From Octopus vulgaris (taxonomy: Eukaryota), in the NCBI GenBank assembly GCA_951406725.2, contig OX597827.1:38006001-38070000 (forward strand): a stretch of 64,000 nucleotides of DNA, given 5' to 3'. The notes under the pieces are model-generated. The model had not been told where the DNA came from, searched no databases, and saw only the letters and a program-made list of their open reading frames with translations. Both the position numbers and the translations under genes were made by a program. The stretch's first letter is position 1. The number at the start of each line of letters is the position of its first letter. Shown here in pieces: positions 11,690 to 24,330 of this stretch.

Positions 11690-12660
11690 AAACATTGGGG
11701 ACAGTACAGGACAATACAATGTGGGGTTAGATAAAAGGCATGTAAAAAATAAAACAATCTCATATGTAAATTATAACAATGAATAATTCCCCAAAAGAAG
11801 GAGACTTCTTAGGGCTGCTTGTGGAGATCCCACAAAAACCAGGATTGTGCTGACCACTAGGACAAGTGCTCTCTTTACATTGTCCTCCTTCAACTAACAG
11901 GTGCATGCTTAGTTGGACCATTCACTTGGACCATTCTTGCAACATTCACCCACCTTTTAGTAAAATTATGGGGAAGCAGCACTTCCCTTTCCACCCGCAC
12001 TTTCCATTAAGTTGAAGGCTTGGCCAAAGAGGAAAGTGTCTGTCTTCAGCCCTTTCAATATGGTCCACCACACAACCTCGTTTGCTAAGGCTATCAAGCA
12101 AAGAAAGACAATCCTGCCACCTTCCTTCCTTTCGCTGGGAAGTCCTGCCAGGTACCCCCTGGTAGTACTGCAAAGTCAAGGATTTCTGGAAATTATCCGT
12201 AGGCCCTGGCTCAAAAACTTGAAACAGACCAACCAGTTGATTCTCACCAATGCCCAGAATCTCCCCGAGAACATCATTGTACTTGTCTGCCACTAACCCT
12301 CTATAGAAAGCCAGAGTGGATCTTCCACTGACTACTTTTCCTGATTGACAGAGAACTGTGAGCACCTGACAACACTCTGTTTATGCTTGATCCAAGACTG
12401 CAGCTCAGTCAAAGAGACAAACTGCGGAAAATCCCATCTGAAAAACTATGACCATACCTTCTCACCATCAAGGAAGTACTGGAGATGCCATAACTTCAGC
12501 ACATGTTTGTACATCAGTAGCCACAGCATGCCCAGCCCTCCATTCAGCAGATGTTGATAGCAAATGGAGCACCTGAACAAAGGAACTCATTCCTTTCACA
12601 AAAAAAAACAGAAGGGTGGAAAGTAAGCTAGCAGAAGTATTCTGCCGACCTTAGAATGTG
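11690..12660 (-). mobile_element. Degenerate non-LTR retrotransposon ORF2 C-terminal fragment (L1/Tx1-like?)
   Basis: Broken ORF 11946..12365(-) with LINE-like composition and Trp/Phe spacing; no diagnostic motif is intact. Confidence 0.3.
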
Positions 12661-12970
12661 ACATGCAGAGACATAACAGAAAAGGAGAAAAAGAGGGAAG
12701 AAGTTAGTAAGGGGTAGGGTGTGCCTTAAAGAGTTAGAGTAGAAACTTAAAATTAAGGAAGAAACCAAAATTTGGTTGGGATATTTATTAAATATTTAGT
12801 TTTGAATAAACATATAGCTTGTAATGAAATAGGGTGAATTGAAATTAGATACAATTCAAAATTAAAATATGTCTAGGAACAGTGGTAGAGTACCAAGACA
12901 GAGTTGTAAAATAAGGAGAAAAGTATATAGTGTTGCTATTGCTATATGTAAGAATATACATACTTATATA

Positions 12971-14717
12971 CAGGGGTTGGACAAAATAATGGAAACATCT
13001 TAAAATTTCAAAGAAATTTATTTTAATATGGGGTAGGACTGCTTTTGGCAGTAATTACAGCTTGAATTCTACGAGGTATGGACTCATACAAATTTTGATT
13101 TGTTTCCAAAGGAATTTTTGTCCATTCTTCAGCTAAATCAGTCTCAAGTCCTTGTAGTGATGATGGTTAGGATATCAACTCCTTACTTGTTTTTCTAAAA
13201 TGCACCATAAATGTTCAATAATATTGAGATCTGGGGACTGTGGTAGCCAGATAAGATGTTCAACTTCACTAGAATTTTCCTCATGCCATTCAGTAATAAT
13301 TTTAGCTGTGTGAATTGGTGCATTATCATCCTGAAAGATTGCGTTTCCCTCAAGAAACAGTTCCACAACCATAGGATGAATTTGATCAGATAAAATGCTT
13401 AAATAGTCTTGACTATTAATTCTGCCTTGAAGAGAAACCATTGGGCCAGCGGATTTCCAAGATATAGACCCCCAGGTCATCACAGATCCTCCTCCATGTT
13501 TAACAGTTGGAAGAAGGTAGTCTGGGTCAAATGCTTCTTTTGGCTGTCTCCACACATATACTTGGCTGGTGGTTGGAAATAAGATAAAGGATGACTTGTC
13601 TGAGAAAATAACATTCTTCTACTGCTCTAGGGACCAATTCTGTAGGTTTTTACTCCACTCTAAATGCTTTGCAATGTTTGTTTTTGAAAGTAGTAGTTTT
13701 CTGATTGCAGCCCTCCCATGAAATCCAGTTTCATGCAGCTCCTGGTGAACAGTTTTTGTGGAAACTGGGTTCTCGAGGTGGTCATTAAGCTCTGCAGTAA
13801 TTTTGGGAGATGTACTGTTGTGATCCTTTCTAACAATTCACATAAGAGTTCGATGGTCCCCATCTGAAAGTTTTCGTTGTCTTCCAGAGTTTTGTTTTGA
13901 CGAGATTTTTCCCTCTTTCTCAAAGGCTGTCATTACTTTCGTAATAGTACTTTTTGATACACCAAACATTTCGGCTGTTTTCATTACACTAGTGCCTGCC
14001 ATATGAGCACTAACAATTTGACCTCTTTGAAAGTCCGATAGATCTGTCATTTTAATGAATTTTAATTACCTTTTTATGATGATATCTGAAAAGAAACGGC
14101 AATTTTAGCAAAACATTAAGCAATACTAATAATAAATCAAGAAACATAAAAATAAACAAGCTTTTGACAGTTTTATAGATATTTCAAAATTATGATGCTA
14201 TTCGAAATCAAAATTAAATTCAATGACTGGCATCCATGCTAGTGGAGCGCTGAGAGTACCATACGAGCGTGATCATTGCCAGAGCAACAAGCAGGCCTCT
14301 GTGCCGATGGCACATAAAATGCACCATTTGAGCATGATCGTTACCTACGTCGCCTTACTGGCATTTGCCCTGGTGGCACACGAAAAAACATTCAAACGAG
14401 GTTCTTGCCAATGCTGCTGGACTGGCTCCTGTGCAGGTGGCACATAAAAAGTACCTGTTGAGCGTGGCCAATGCCAGTACCGCCTGACTGGCCCTCGTGC
14501 CGGTGGCACGTAAAAGCACCCACTACACTCTCGGAGTGGTTAGCATTAGGAAGGGCATCCAGCTGTAGAAACTCTGCCAGATCAGATTGGAGTCTGGTGC
14601 AGCCATCTGGTTCGCAAGACCTCAGTCAAATCATCCAACACATGCTAGCATGGAAAGCGGACGTTAAACGATGATGATGTTGATGCTAGGTGTTTCCATT
14701 ATTTTGTCCAACCCCTG
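12971..14717 (-). mobile_element. Full-length Tc1 (DD34E) DNA transposon, inactivated
   Basis: 27-bp TIRs CAGGGGTTGGACAAAATAATGGAAACA (12971-12997 and 14691-14717), flanking TA. Transposase pieces MTDLSDFQRGQIV..., TVKHGGGSVMTWG, FQDDNAPIH, SPDLNIIEHLW. Confidence 0.95.
14201..14680 (+). mobile_element. RTE-3'UTR-derived SINE or truncated RTE inserted into the Tc1
   Basis: Same sequence as 42660-43233; ends in (GAT)n; TSD TGATGCTA at 14193-14200 and 14681-14688. Confidence 0.8.
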
Positions 14718-15741
14718 TATATCCATCTGTTTAGTTTGTTTTGAGCAAAAGCCTCAGAATGTTCTCTTAAAAGCTCCTATGCTTCTTGTTGTCAGCTACC
14801 ACCTGTCAGTCTCATCTCCCAGTGGAATGGTTATACAGGTGGAACTCCTTTCAGCTAAGGATAAATATAATAATAATAATAACTTGTGGATGGAAATTCG
14901 AAGGTTATCCTACATGTCTATTAGTTAGGAAGTTTTCATATTCATAAGATATCTATCATAATAATGAGCTTGTTTGTAAGTTTGTCCAAAATCATGCAAC
15001 AAGAGAGTAGACGTCAGCATAAGTAAGAGTAAAAAAAAGGGAAGAGACAAAATGGTAATAACAATGAGAGAGGGATTGGTATCAAACACCTCTCGCCCTC
15101 TCCCTCTCTCTTTCTCTCTCTGAACAAAAGCCTTTTCACTTTATTGATGAACACTGCCTCGCTCTTTCTCTCACTTTCTATTTACAAATGCGCACACACA
15201 CTCTCTCTTTGTCTCTCACTCTTTTCACTCACTCTCTTTCTCTCTCTCAGCAACATTTTCATTTTTATTCAATGAACGCTGATTTTTTCTGATAAACATT
15301 AACAACAATATATAAGATAAGTAAATAAGATTTTTGCACCTCAAAATTATATTTTTTGTGTCTCTATGGATGTTTGACTTTTCTGGAAGATTTTTTTTGT
15401 TTAAAAAACTGCAAAGTTAATAGAATATAAGATAAGTAAATATGTAGTAATTTTTAAGTCATAAAATTAAAATATTGTCTATTGAAAGAAAGCTTGATAA
15501 TTGTAGTGGGCTGGATGTGATGTACCCACATCCTTTTTTCCAAGCTGAGATTTGAAATCAAATCTAAGGATTCTCACTCATCTGATCCTCCACTAGCCAA
15601 ACAGGTGTGAAAGAAATTTCTTTGTCCTGTCAAAAAGTGATGAATGGGTTTCCCTTCAACCTATGACCTGAGCTGTGTCATTTAAGCTTCAAGTGGACAG
15701 GAGGTGACCTACATTGGTAGAAATTACTCTTGTGGTATGTC

Positions 15742-15970
15742 TGGCGGTGAGCTGGCAGAAACATTAGCACGCCAGGCAAAATGCTTAGTGGTATTTCATC
15801 TGCCGCTACGTTCTAAGTTCAAATTCCGCCGAAGTCGACTTTGCCTTTCATCCTTTCAGGGTCGATTAAATAAGTACCAGTTACGCATTGGGGTCGATAT
15901 AATCGACTTAATCCGTTTGTCTATCCTTGTTTGTCCTCTCTGTGTTTAACCCCTTATGGGTAGTAAAGAA
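15742..15970 (+). mobile_element. Nin/Deu-domain tRNA-derived SINE
   Basis: tRNA-like head GGCGGTGAGCTGGCAGAA...GTTCAAATTCC followed by GCCTTTCATCCTTTCAGGGTCGATTAAATAAGTACCAG, which resembles the Nin/Deu domain. Confidence 0.75.
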
Positions 15971-16747
15971 AAAGTATGTCTGTCCTTCTAGCTGTCATGA
16001 CAACTATAAATACAGTCAGACATACGACAGGCAGATAGCCATCACCAGGCGAGACGGCCAGCAAGTAACTTGCACCAGTCAAGCAGCCAACATGGAACCA
16101 CATATTCAGCATGAACAATCCAACACAGTAGCAGTCGCAGAACATAAACAGACACCACCGAATGACCAACGTACACACACACACAAAACATGTCCAGTTC
16201 TACCTCATCATATTGGCACAGTATTTCCCCTGTTTATTTTCTTCTTCGCCAACTTGAAGCAAGTTGGTAATGTCATGTGGTGAATTTTTTGGTGTATCCA
16301 AGAAGTAAATGCAAGTGTTGATTAAATAAATTATTTAAAACACAATCCGATGCTTTCCCATTGTTTTACTTTGATGTCATCCATATGCCTATTTCATCTG
16401 CTACCTCAGCATTTTTTGCTACACCATCTCACTACATAATATTGTCTGTTTAAAGAAAGCTAAATAGAAAAGGAAGGTAATTATAAATATTTACAAATAC
16501 TTGCCGATACAGTGATGTTTGTAAATATTTATGAATGAAGAATTTTGCTAAGGTGGTAAGAGTGTGAAAGAGACAGAGATAGAGAATGTGTAGATCTTGC
16601 TTGGAAAAAAAAAGTCTCTGTGTATGCCATTAATATAATCCTGTGTAATTTTATACTTTGAATGGTTGTGTATAGAAATATAAACAAATTAATGTACATA
16701 CACACACGCACACAAATATACTCATTTGTTTTGAAGTTTGTAATCTC

Positions 16748-17120
16748 TCTTTACTCTTTACTCTTTTACTTGTTTCAGTCATTTGACTGCGGCCATGCTG
16801 GAGCACCACCTTTTAGTACTTATTCTATCGGTCTCTTTTTGCCGAACCGCTAAGTGACAGGGACCTAAACACACCAGCATCGGTTGTCAAGCAATGCTAA
16901 GGGGACAAACACGGACACACAAACACACACACATATACATATATATACACATATATACGACAGGCTTCTTTCAGTTTCCATCTACCAAATCCACTCACAA
17001 GGCATTGGTCGGCCCGGGGCTAGAGCAGAAGACACTTGCCCAAGATGCCACGCAGTGGGACTGAACCCGCAACCGTGTGGTCGGTTAGCAAGCTACTTAC
17101 TACACAGCCACTCCTGCGCC
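16748..17120 (-). mobile_element. CORE-type SINE
   Basis: Reverse-complement homolog of 615-998. Confidence 0.8.
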
Positions 17121-18784
17121 TATCTGTTGTATTAAATATATTTATCCACCTGCTATGGAGAATGAATCTGATAGAAGGCGATGGTTAGCCAGAGAGAGAG
17201 ACAAAGGTGAAGAACAGCCAGTCTCACTCAGGAAAAACTGGATGCAAGAAGATTAAACAATACATTAAGGTTATTAAATCAATCACGAGAAGTGAGACAA
17301 GAGAGATGAGTGCAAAATGCAAGAAGACAGGCTTGAAGATGTCAAAATGAAAAGGAGCACCTAATTGCACAAAGGAGAGATATCCAAAAAGAGGGAGAGT
17401 GGCACAAAAGTGCCGAGATGAAACAGAAGAGCAAGCAGCAGTGAGGAGAGAATATCTAAGAATGAGAGCATCACAAAAGCGACGATGAAACAGAAGAGGA
17501 AGCAGCACAAAGGAGAGAAATCAAGGAGAAGAATGGAAGAATTAAACGGACCATCCAAAACAAGGCAAACTCATTGCTGGTAGGGTTTTCACTAGAAACG
17601 TACTGCTGAAGCAATTACTGAGATAAAAGTTGTAATGTTTTTATTTTAATTTTATTATCTGTATCATTTTCATGCTGTCATTTCTGATGGCACGGGTACA
17701 CAAGTATCTAAGATTATTCTTAATACACACAAACACAACTCACATAATACATATCCACAAGCAATCCCACTTGATTCAATAAGTGAATACCAGTTGCTTG
17801 ACCTGCTAAAAATAACAACTGGATCTGTTCAGTTAAGTATGGCTGTGGAAGTTAAGTTTGCTTTGCAACTAAGTGGTTTTGAGTTTGATCCTGCTGTGCA
17901 GCACCTTGGACAAGTGTTTTCTATCTTACCCTTAGGTCAATCAGAGCTTCTGGAATAAAAACTGGTATTTGGAAACTATATGGATCCCATTAAAGGGGTC
18001 ATTCTTGGTGATGACGGTAGACTTAATCCTTAACACAACTACATGATCCTTGGGGAACCGTCAACAGAGTTTGCTCTTCTGCTCTGATTTCAGGAAAACC
18101 TCTTCCCTTCAGTTACATGGGTTCCTGAAATCAATAATGGATACTGTCCTTCTTAATCATTAAAAAGAAAAAAGTTTCTAATAGTCCCTGAGGAATCAAA
18201 GTGAGCCATAATGGCCAATTCTGTTTGCTTGTATTCACTGCAATCATCAGTACTGTACACCAACCAAAATGAAATACATTCCGATAGTCATGATAAGCAC
18301 TGCATATATACATGTGCAATGTGGGTCCAGACTAGAACTAAACCTTAACAACAGTCAAGTCAGTCACTTTATTGACTGATGGACAAGACTACAGGTTTAG
18401 TTTGACTGCTAGAAATAGGGAGAAATCTCCCTCAAATCACACCTTACAGTCTGCTTGGTCAAGGATAACATTGGACTAAACAACTACTGCTACTATTGTT
18501 GCAACAGATAAGATTGAAGATATATTTGCTATGTCACCTGGCACTCATGAATAATGATTTCTCTGAAACACAAAATCAGAAATGTGGAAGAGAAAATAAA
18601 AGTTTTAAGAACTGAAACTTTATCCTTATGTTTCACTCTGTCTACTATTTCCCAGTTTCAGTGCATTTATCACTTCCAGTCACCTCATTACTTTTAAATC
18701 CTGCCCAATTCACTACCACTCCAATCTTTGTTTTAAACAATAATTGAAATTAAACATTTACAGAAGATATTTCTTCTTTTTCAG

Positions 18785-18885
18785 GACTGAATGTCAAGAA
18801 CAGATAAAAGGTTTCTATGGCCCCAAGTTTAAGAAGTTCAGTACAGAAGAGGAAGCTCTGGCTTTTGCAGAAATTCCGGCATCAG
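18785..18885 (+). CDS. RNASEH1: RNase H1-like exon: C-terminal half of the hybrid-binding domain
   Basis: tttcag|G TECQEQIKGFYGPKFKKFSTEEEALAFAEIPAS G|gtgaat; compare human [28 protein letters not shown]. Confidence 0.92.
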
Positions 18886-21800
18886 GTGAATAGAATTTTA
18901 GTGCTGTTTGGTATAATCAGTAGAGTGTTGAATGAATATCTTGTGGTATTTAGCTCAGTTTTTTATGTTCTGAGTTCAAATCCTAGTTAGGTCAATTAAC
19001 TTTCATCCTTCTGGGGCTCAATAATGGTCCAGTACTGAGATTGATATAGTCAGCTGTTCTCTCATTGTGACTTTGTGTCTGTATCAAAAAATAATTATTG
19101 TGCAGGTTTGGTTGTGTTGTGAAGAAGCTTGCTTTGCAATCATATGATTTCAGGTTCAGTCCTACAATGCTTGCATTTTGGGCAAGTGTCTTATACTATA
19201 GTCCAGGCTGACCAATACCTTGTGAGTGAATTTGGTAAACAGAACATGGACGATGCCAGCACCGCCTTGACTGGCTTCCATGTCGGTGGCACATAAAAAG
19301 CACCAATCTGATCGTGGCCGTTGCCAGCCTTGCCTGGCATCTGTGCCGGTGGCACGTAAAAAGTACCCAATACACTCATGGAGTGGTTGGCGTTAGGAAG
19401 GGCATCCAGCTGTAGAAACACTGCCAGATCAGACTGGAGCCTGGTGCAGCCTTCTGGCTTCCCAGATCCCCGGTCGAACCGTCCAACCCATGCTAGCATG
19501 GAGAACGGATGTTAAACGATGATGATGATGATGGAACTGAAGCCCATCACACAATGTGTGTCTGTCTTGTGTTTGTGTGCCCACCCACCATTGCTTGACA
19601 ACCAGAGTTAGTTTGTTTATGTGCCCATAACTTTGTAGTTTGACAAAAGAAACTGATGTAGTAAGAACCAGACTTTTAAAAGATTAGTACTGGCTCACTT
19701 TGTTCAACTAAATCGTTCAAGGCAGTGCATGGCTGCAATCCAAAAGCTGAAACAAATAAAGATGAAAGATTGCTGTCGTAGTAGGATTAGTAGTGTCAGA
19801 CAAAATGCTGTGCAGGTTTTGTTCCATCTCTTTCTATTGTGAGTTTAAATCCCACTATGATAAACTTTGTCTTTTATTTGTTGAGGGCCAATAAAAACAA
19901 AGTTCCAGTTAAGTACTATATTGGGCCACCATTAGTCAAGGTTAACCACATATCTGCTCTCGTGTGTATGTTTGGACAAGATTTTTGAAGAAGACTAGCA
20001 GATACCTATTCCAGTCATCCCATCATTTGATGCTCTTGTTATTGCCAACCCTTAAGCAAGGTAATATTTTCCCTCATAGCCAGACATGTTTTTCACAGGA
20101 GATTGGAGATAAATAGCATTGTTTTAATGATGGAGATGTTCATTTACAATCATCACATCACACACACAAGGAACTTCTTTTAGTTTCCATCTTACAAATT
20201 CACACTCATAAAGATTTCATTGGCTCAGGACTATAACAGAAGATATTTGGTCTAGGTACCACCCAGTGTCACTGAACCTGAAACCATGTGGATGACTAAC
20301 AAATTCTTAAATACACACACACACTCTCTCTCTCTCTCAGTAGATATATATTTAATAGTAATTTTCCCATTTTTGCTCTCCCAAGTAATTAGTGTTTTTT
20401 TTGTTAATATTATGTAACTAATTTGCTATTTTATTTATATATTAACAGACAAAACTCTCTCCAGTGTAGCAAAATCTATTCAACCGATTGTGAAAAAACT
20501 CATGTCCGGAGTGAAAGAAGTCTCTCCTCTCTGTCAGACACTGGTGTCAATGCTGACTGATTTGGATGACTCAGAAGAAAGCAAAGAATTTTCAATATTA
20601 GCATATAATGTTGAAAATTATTTAGATAAGTTGACAACAAGTGTTAAACTGGCAATTGATTCTAAGCTTTTGACAGGAACTACTAAGGGGAAGGCTTCTG
20701 ATTCATCTGAAGACGCATCAGAATCTCCTGAAAAGAAAAAGAGTGTTGAAGAAGGAGGTTTTACTGGTAATGTATCATGTTTTCATTCTCCTTTAAGAGA
20801 TTGTTAATATTTTATTATTATTTTTTTAAAATGAAAACTTGCAGCTTATTTTGCTTGGTATGATAAAAAGTGTCAGCTTCTCCTAGCCAGCAGGCTAAAG
20901 TGACACTTGTTAACTGATCATGGTTCAAGAACCCTGTGGAGAACTCTTGCAGTTCCAAGCAATGCTGATTTTTACAGGTGTTCTATTTTTACATTTGTAC
21001 CAATCTTCTTGAGCTGTATTGGTATTTGATAATTGCTGATTCTTCCACCTGCACCAATCACTATTTGTATCATGTCCACTCTCTCCATTGCCCATAACCT
21101 GTGTATTTCCCACTTCAATTCATCATAGTTGTTCACTTTTTCTTTTTCTTTCTCTTCGATCCTGTTATCACCAGACATGCTTGTCAATTATCAGGCATAT
21201 TTTATTTTATTTTCTGTTCACCACAACAATGTTAGGTTTCCATTGTCTAATCTGATGATCACACTGAATCATTGTATTTCACAGGGTTTTGCAATCTTCA
21301 TTCGCAGTAATTCCCTCTGAAATTTGGTCATACCATGTCTGATCTTTCTAGGCCATAATTTCCACAAATCTCCAATGGATCATTCTTGCCTCATTGTCTT
21401 GTCGTCTTTGTATTTACAGTGTGCTGATTTTGGTTATTCACTAACAATGCACACTGTTTCACTCCTCTCACCATTCATTTGGCATTTGTCACTCTTAGTT
21501 GTGTTATCAATTTTGCACTTTAAATAGTTTGTCCTCAATGCTTGTTCTTGTGCTGTGCATATAAGTGCTTCTGTGTCTGTCTTGGAGCTCATATCTCTTG
21601 CAAACTGATTGTACTTTTTTTGTGTTCTTTTCTTCTTTAGATTTCTCTTTCTTAACACAATTATCAATTTTGATGATTTTGGACTTCTTCACATGTATCA
21701 GCAATGGTTCGGTGGCATTTTTTACATATCATCCTAAGCTGCTTTTCTCTGCTTCAACACAATCCCAACAACTGATCAATTCCCCCCACCCTTTCTTCTA

Positions 21801-24282
21801 TAAGTATCACTCTTGGAATAAATTGTTCCATGATCTGTCAATAGCTTCCATGACTTCATATTCATACTCATCAGTGTCAATAGTTTCTGTGTCTTTGAAT
21901 CCATACTCATCATCATCATCATTATTATTGCAATCCCTACCAAGATCTACTTTGCCATTCACCTCTCCATGGTTAATAAAATAATGTACTTGTCAGTTAC
22001 AAGGATTGATTTAATTGACTGATCTCTTCCTGCAAACTTCAGGTTTTGTGCCTATATTAGAAACAATTATTATTATTGGGGATTGGTAGAATCAGTAGAG
22101 CATCAAGAAAATTTCTCACAAGTGTTTGCTCTGGCTCTTTATGTCCTGAGTTCAAATTCTGCCAATGCAAACTTTGTCTTTCATCCTTTCAGAGTTGACC
22201 TTGAACTCACCAATCAAGTAAGTTTAAGGTCAATGGTTTTGACTAACCTGCTCCCCTCAAAAATGTTGGCCTTGTACCAAAATTAAAATCATTGGTATAG
22301 TCTCTCACCAACACTTCTCAGCCTCTGGGTCACAAACATGCTATTCCCTCACTCTGCCTTTTCTACCACTGATGCTGTGGTTTCTGCTCTTTGGAGCTGG
22401 CTGGTCTCAAGCTAACTTCTCTCATCTCTATCTTACTCTCCTCTGCCATATTCTGTCTAACTACTATGCCCAAGCCTACTTCACCAGGACATCAGTCTTT
22501 TGAAATCTACTTGCTACTCTTCTTTTCCTGAAGTTGTATATAAACATAAACCACATTGATCTCATTGGTTTTGGAAGATTTGTCAGCTATTGGTAGAGCC
22601 CTTCCTCACAGTAAAATTGATAAAAAAGAAACAGCTTAACAATTACATTCACTCATTTGTCTCACCCTAAATATTCTCCCTAGAGATTACACTCTCCATA
22701 ATTTCTAGCCAGTTCATAGATGATTTATATAAAGAGCCAGGCAACAATATATTTTATATAATTTCTATAAAGAGCCAAGCTGCAATATATTTTTATATAT
22801 AATTTATGCAAATTTTTTATTTACAGGGAAAAAATTGGCTGATGATGATAAAGATGTTTTCATTGCTGGCAGCTGTTTCAACAATGGTAAACCTAATGCC
22901 TCAGCTGGACTTGGTGTCTACTGGGGAGAAAGAGAAAAGTAAGTTTTTTGTTGTTGTTTTGTTTCTTGTTAGCGCTTGACTAATAGTCACATAACAACAT
23001 GGGATGGATGGGGATAGAGCTAGAAATATAGAATGTGGTCCCCCATTTCTATTTATTCTTTGGGAACAGAAGGATTATTGTGCCTTTATAGATTTGAATT
23101 GTTTCAATATATCGCTTAGTAATGTTTCTATAAGCCATAACCTATCTGTCTTTTGTATATTTAGGACTACTTTATATAGTTTATCTTTTATGTAAAACAG
23201 TAAGGCTGTGATATGATGGGAAGAAACTTAGCAGATTTTCCTAGGAGATTGAGTGGGCAGAAACAGCAAGGATGAGGGGGAATAATTTCTTTGGCATCAA
23301 GGAGGAATTGCAAGTGAAAAAGCATCTGTTGGGGTACATCTGTGTTGAGGAAAATAAGGAGTCTCCGATTTTACAAATTTATAGTTATGCTGGTTTCAAA
23401 TTTCACCCTCATGTAATGTGTGGTCCATCCATCACATATAGATTCCTTTGTTTGCTCAGTTGAAGATTTTGTCAGTGTCAAGAACAACATTGCCTGGACT
23501 GAGTTGCAGTATGGTGGTCATATTAAGATAATGGCACCTAATTTACTCCTTTAATTCATGTATATCTTTGTCATAATAAATATCCCTCACCCCTCATACT
23601 CTCCATCACAAATTAACTGGTAAGTCTTCACTTTATGTATTAAAGTTTGTTAAAATGTTGGTTTGTATATTGATAGGTGTTTCAGGGTGTGAACATTGTA
23701 TATACTCTTTTTGTGTATGAATGTGTGTATATAGTGTGTGTAAATGTGTATATTTGTATGTCTGTAAATGTGTATCAATCGTATCATTTTTGTGAAACCT
23801 GTCTTCCAGTTCGCTTCACTCACCCCTCTCTGCATGTATATTTGTATAAACACAGATTGGGGGGGGGGGGGGCTAGTAGTTAGTGTTGAACTTGTGAATG
23901 TGAGATCATTTCCTGGACTGGGCTGCTTGTTGTGTTCTTGAGTAAAACATTTTGTCTCACGTTGCTCTGCAATCACTTTGACATCTGATGTATGACACAT
24001 CATCCATCTGTACAAACAGTGTTAATTTGATGGAGGGAGTGACCTAATGTGCAGTACAAACTTTTGATCTCTATAAGCATCATCTGTGCAGGTGTTTCAT
24101 TGAGAGTCCATGTATGTACAGACACACATATATTTCTCAGCACTATTTTTAACACAAAAATATGAATCGCTATTCTGTTCACATATCTCTTTCTTTCCCC
24201 CTCTCTCTCTCTGTTTGTCTTTCCCCCTCTCTCTCTCTGTTTGTCTTTCTCTGTATAATGACATGTGTATACACATTCACAC

Positions 24283-24330
<48 letters not shown>

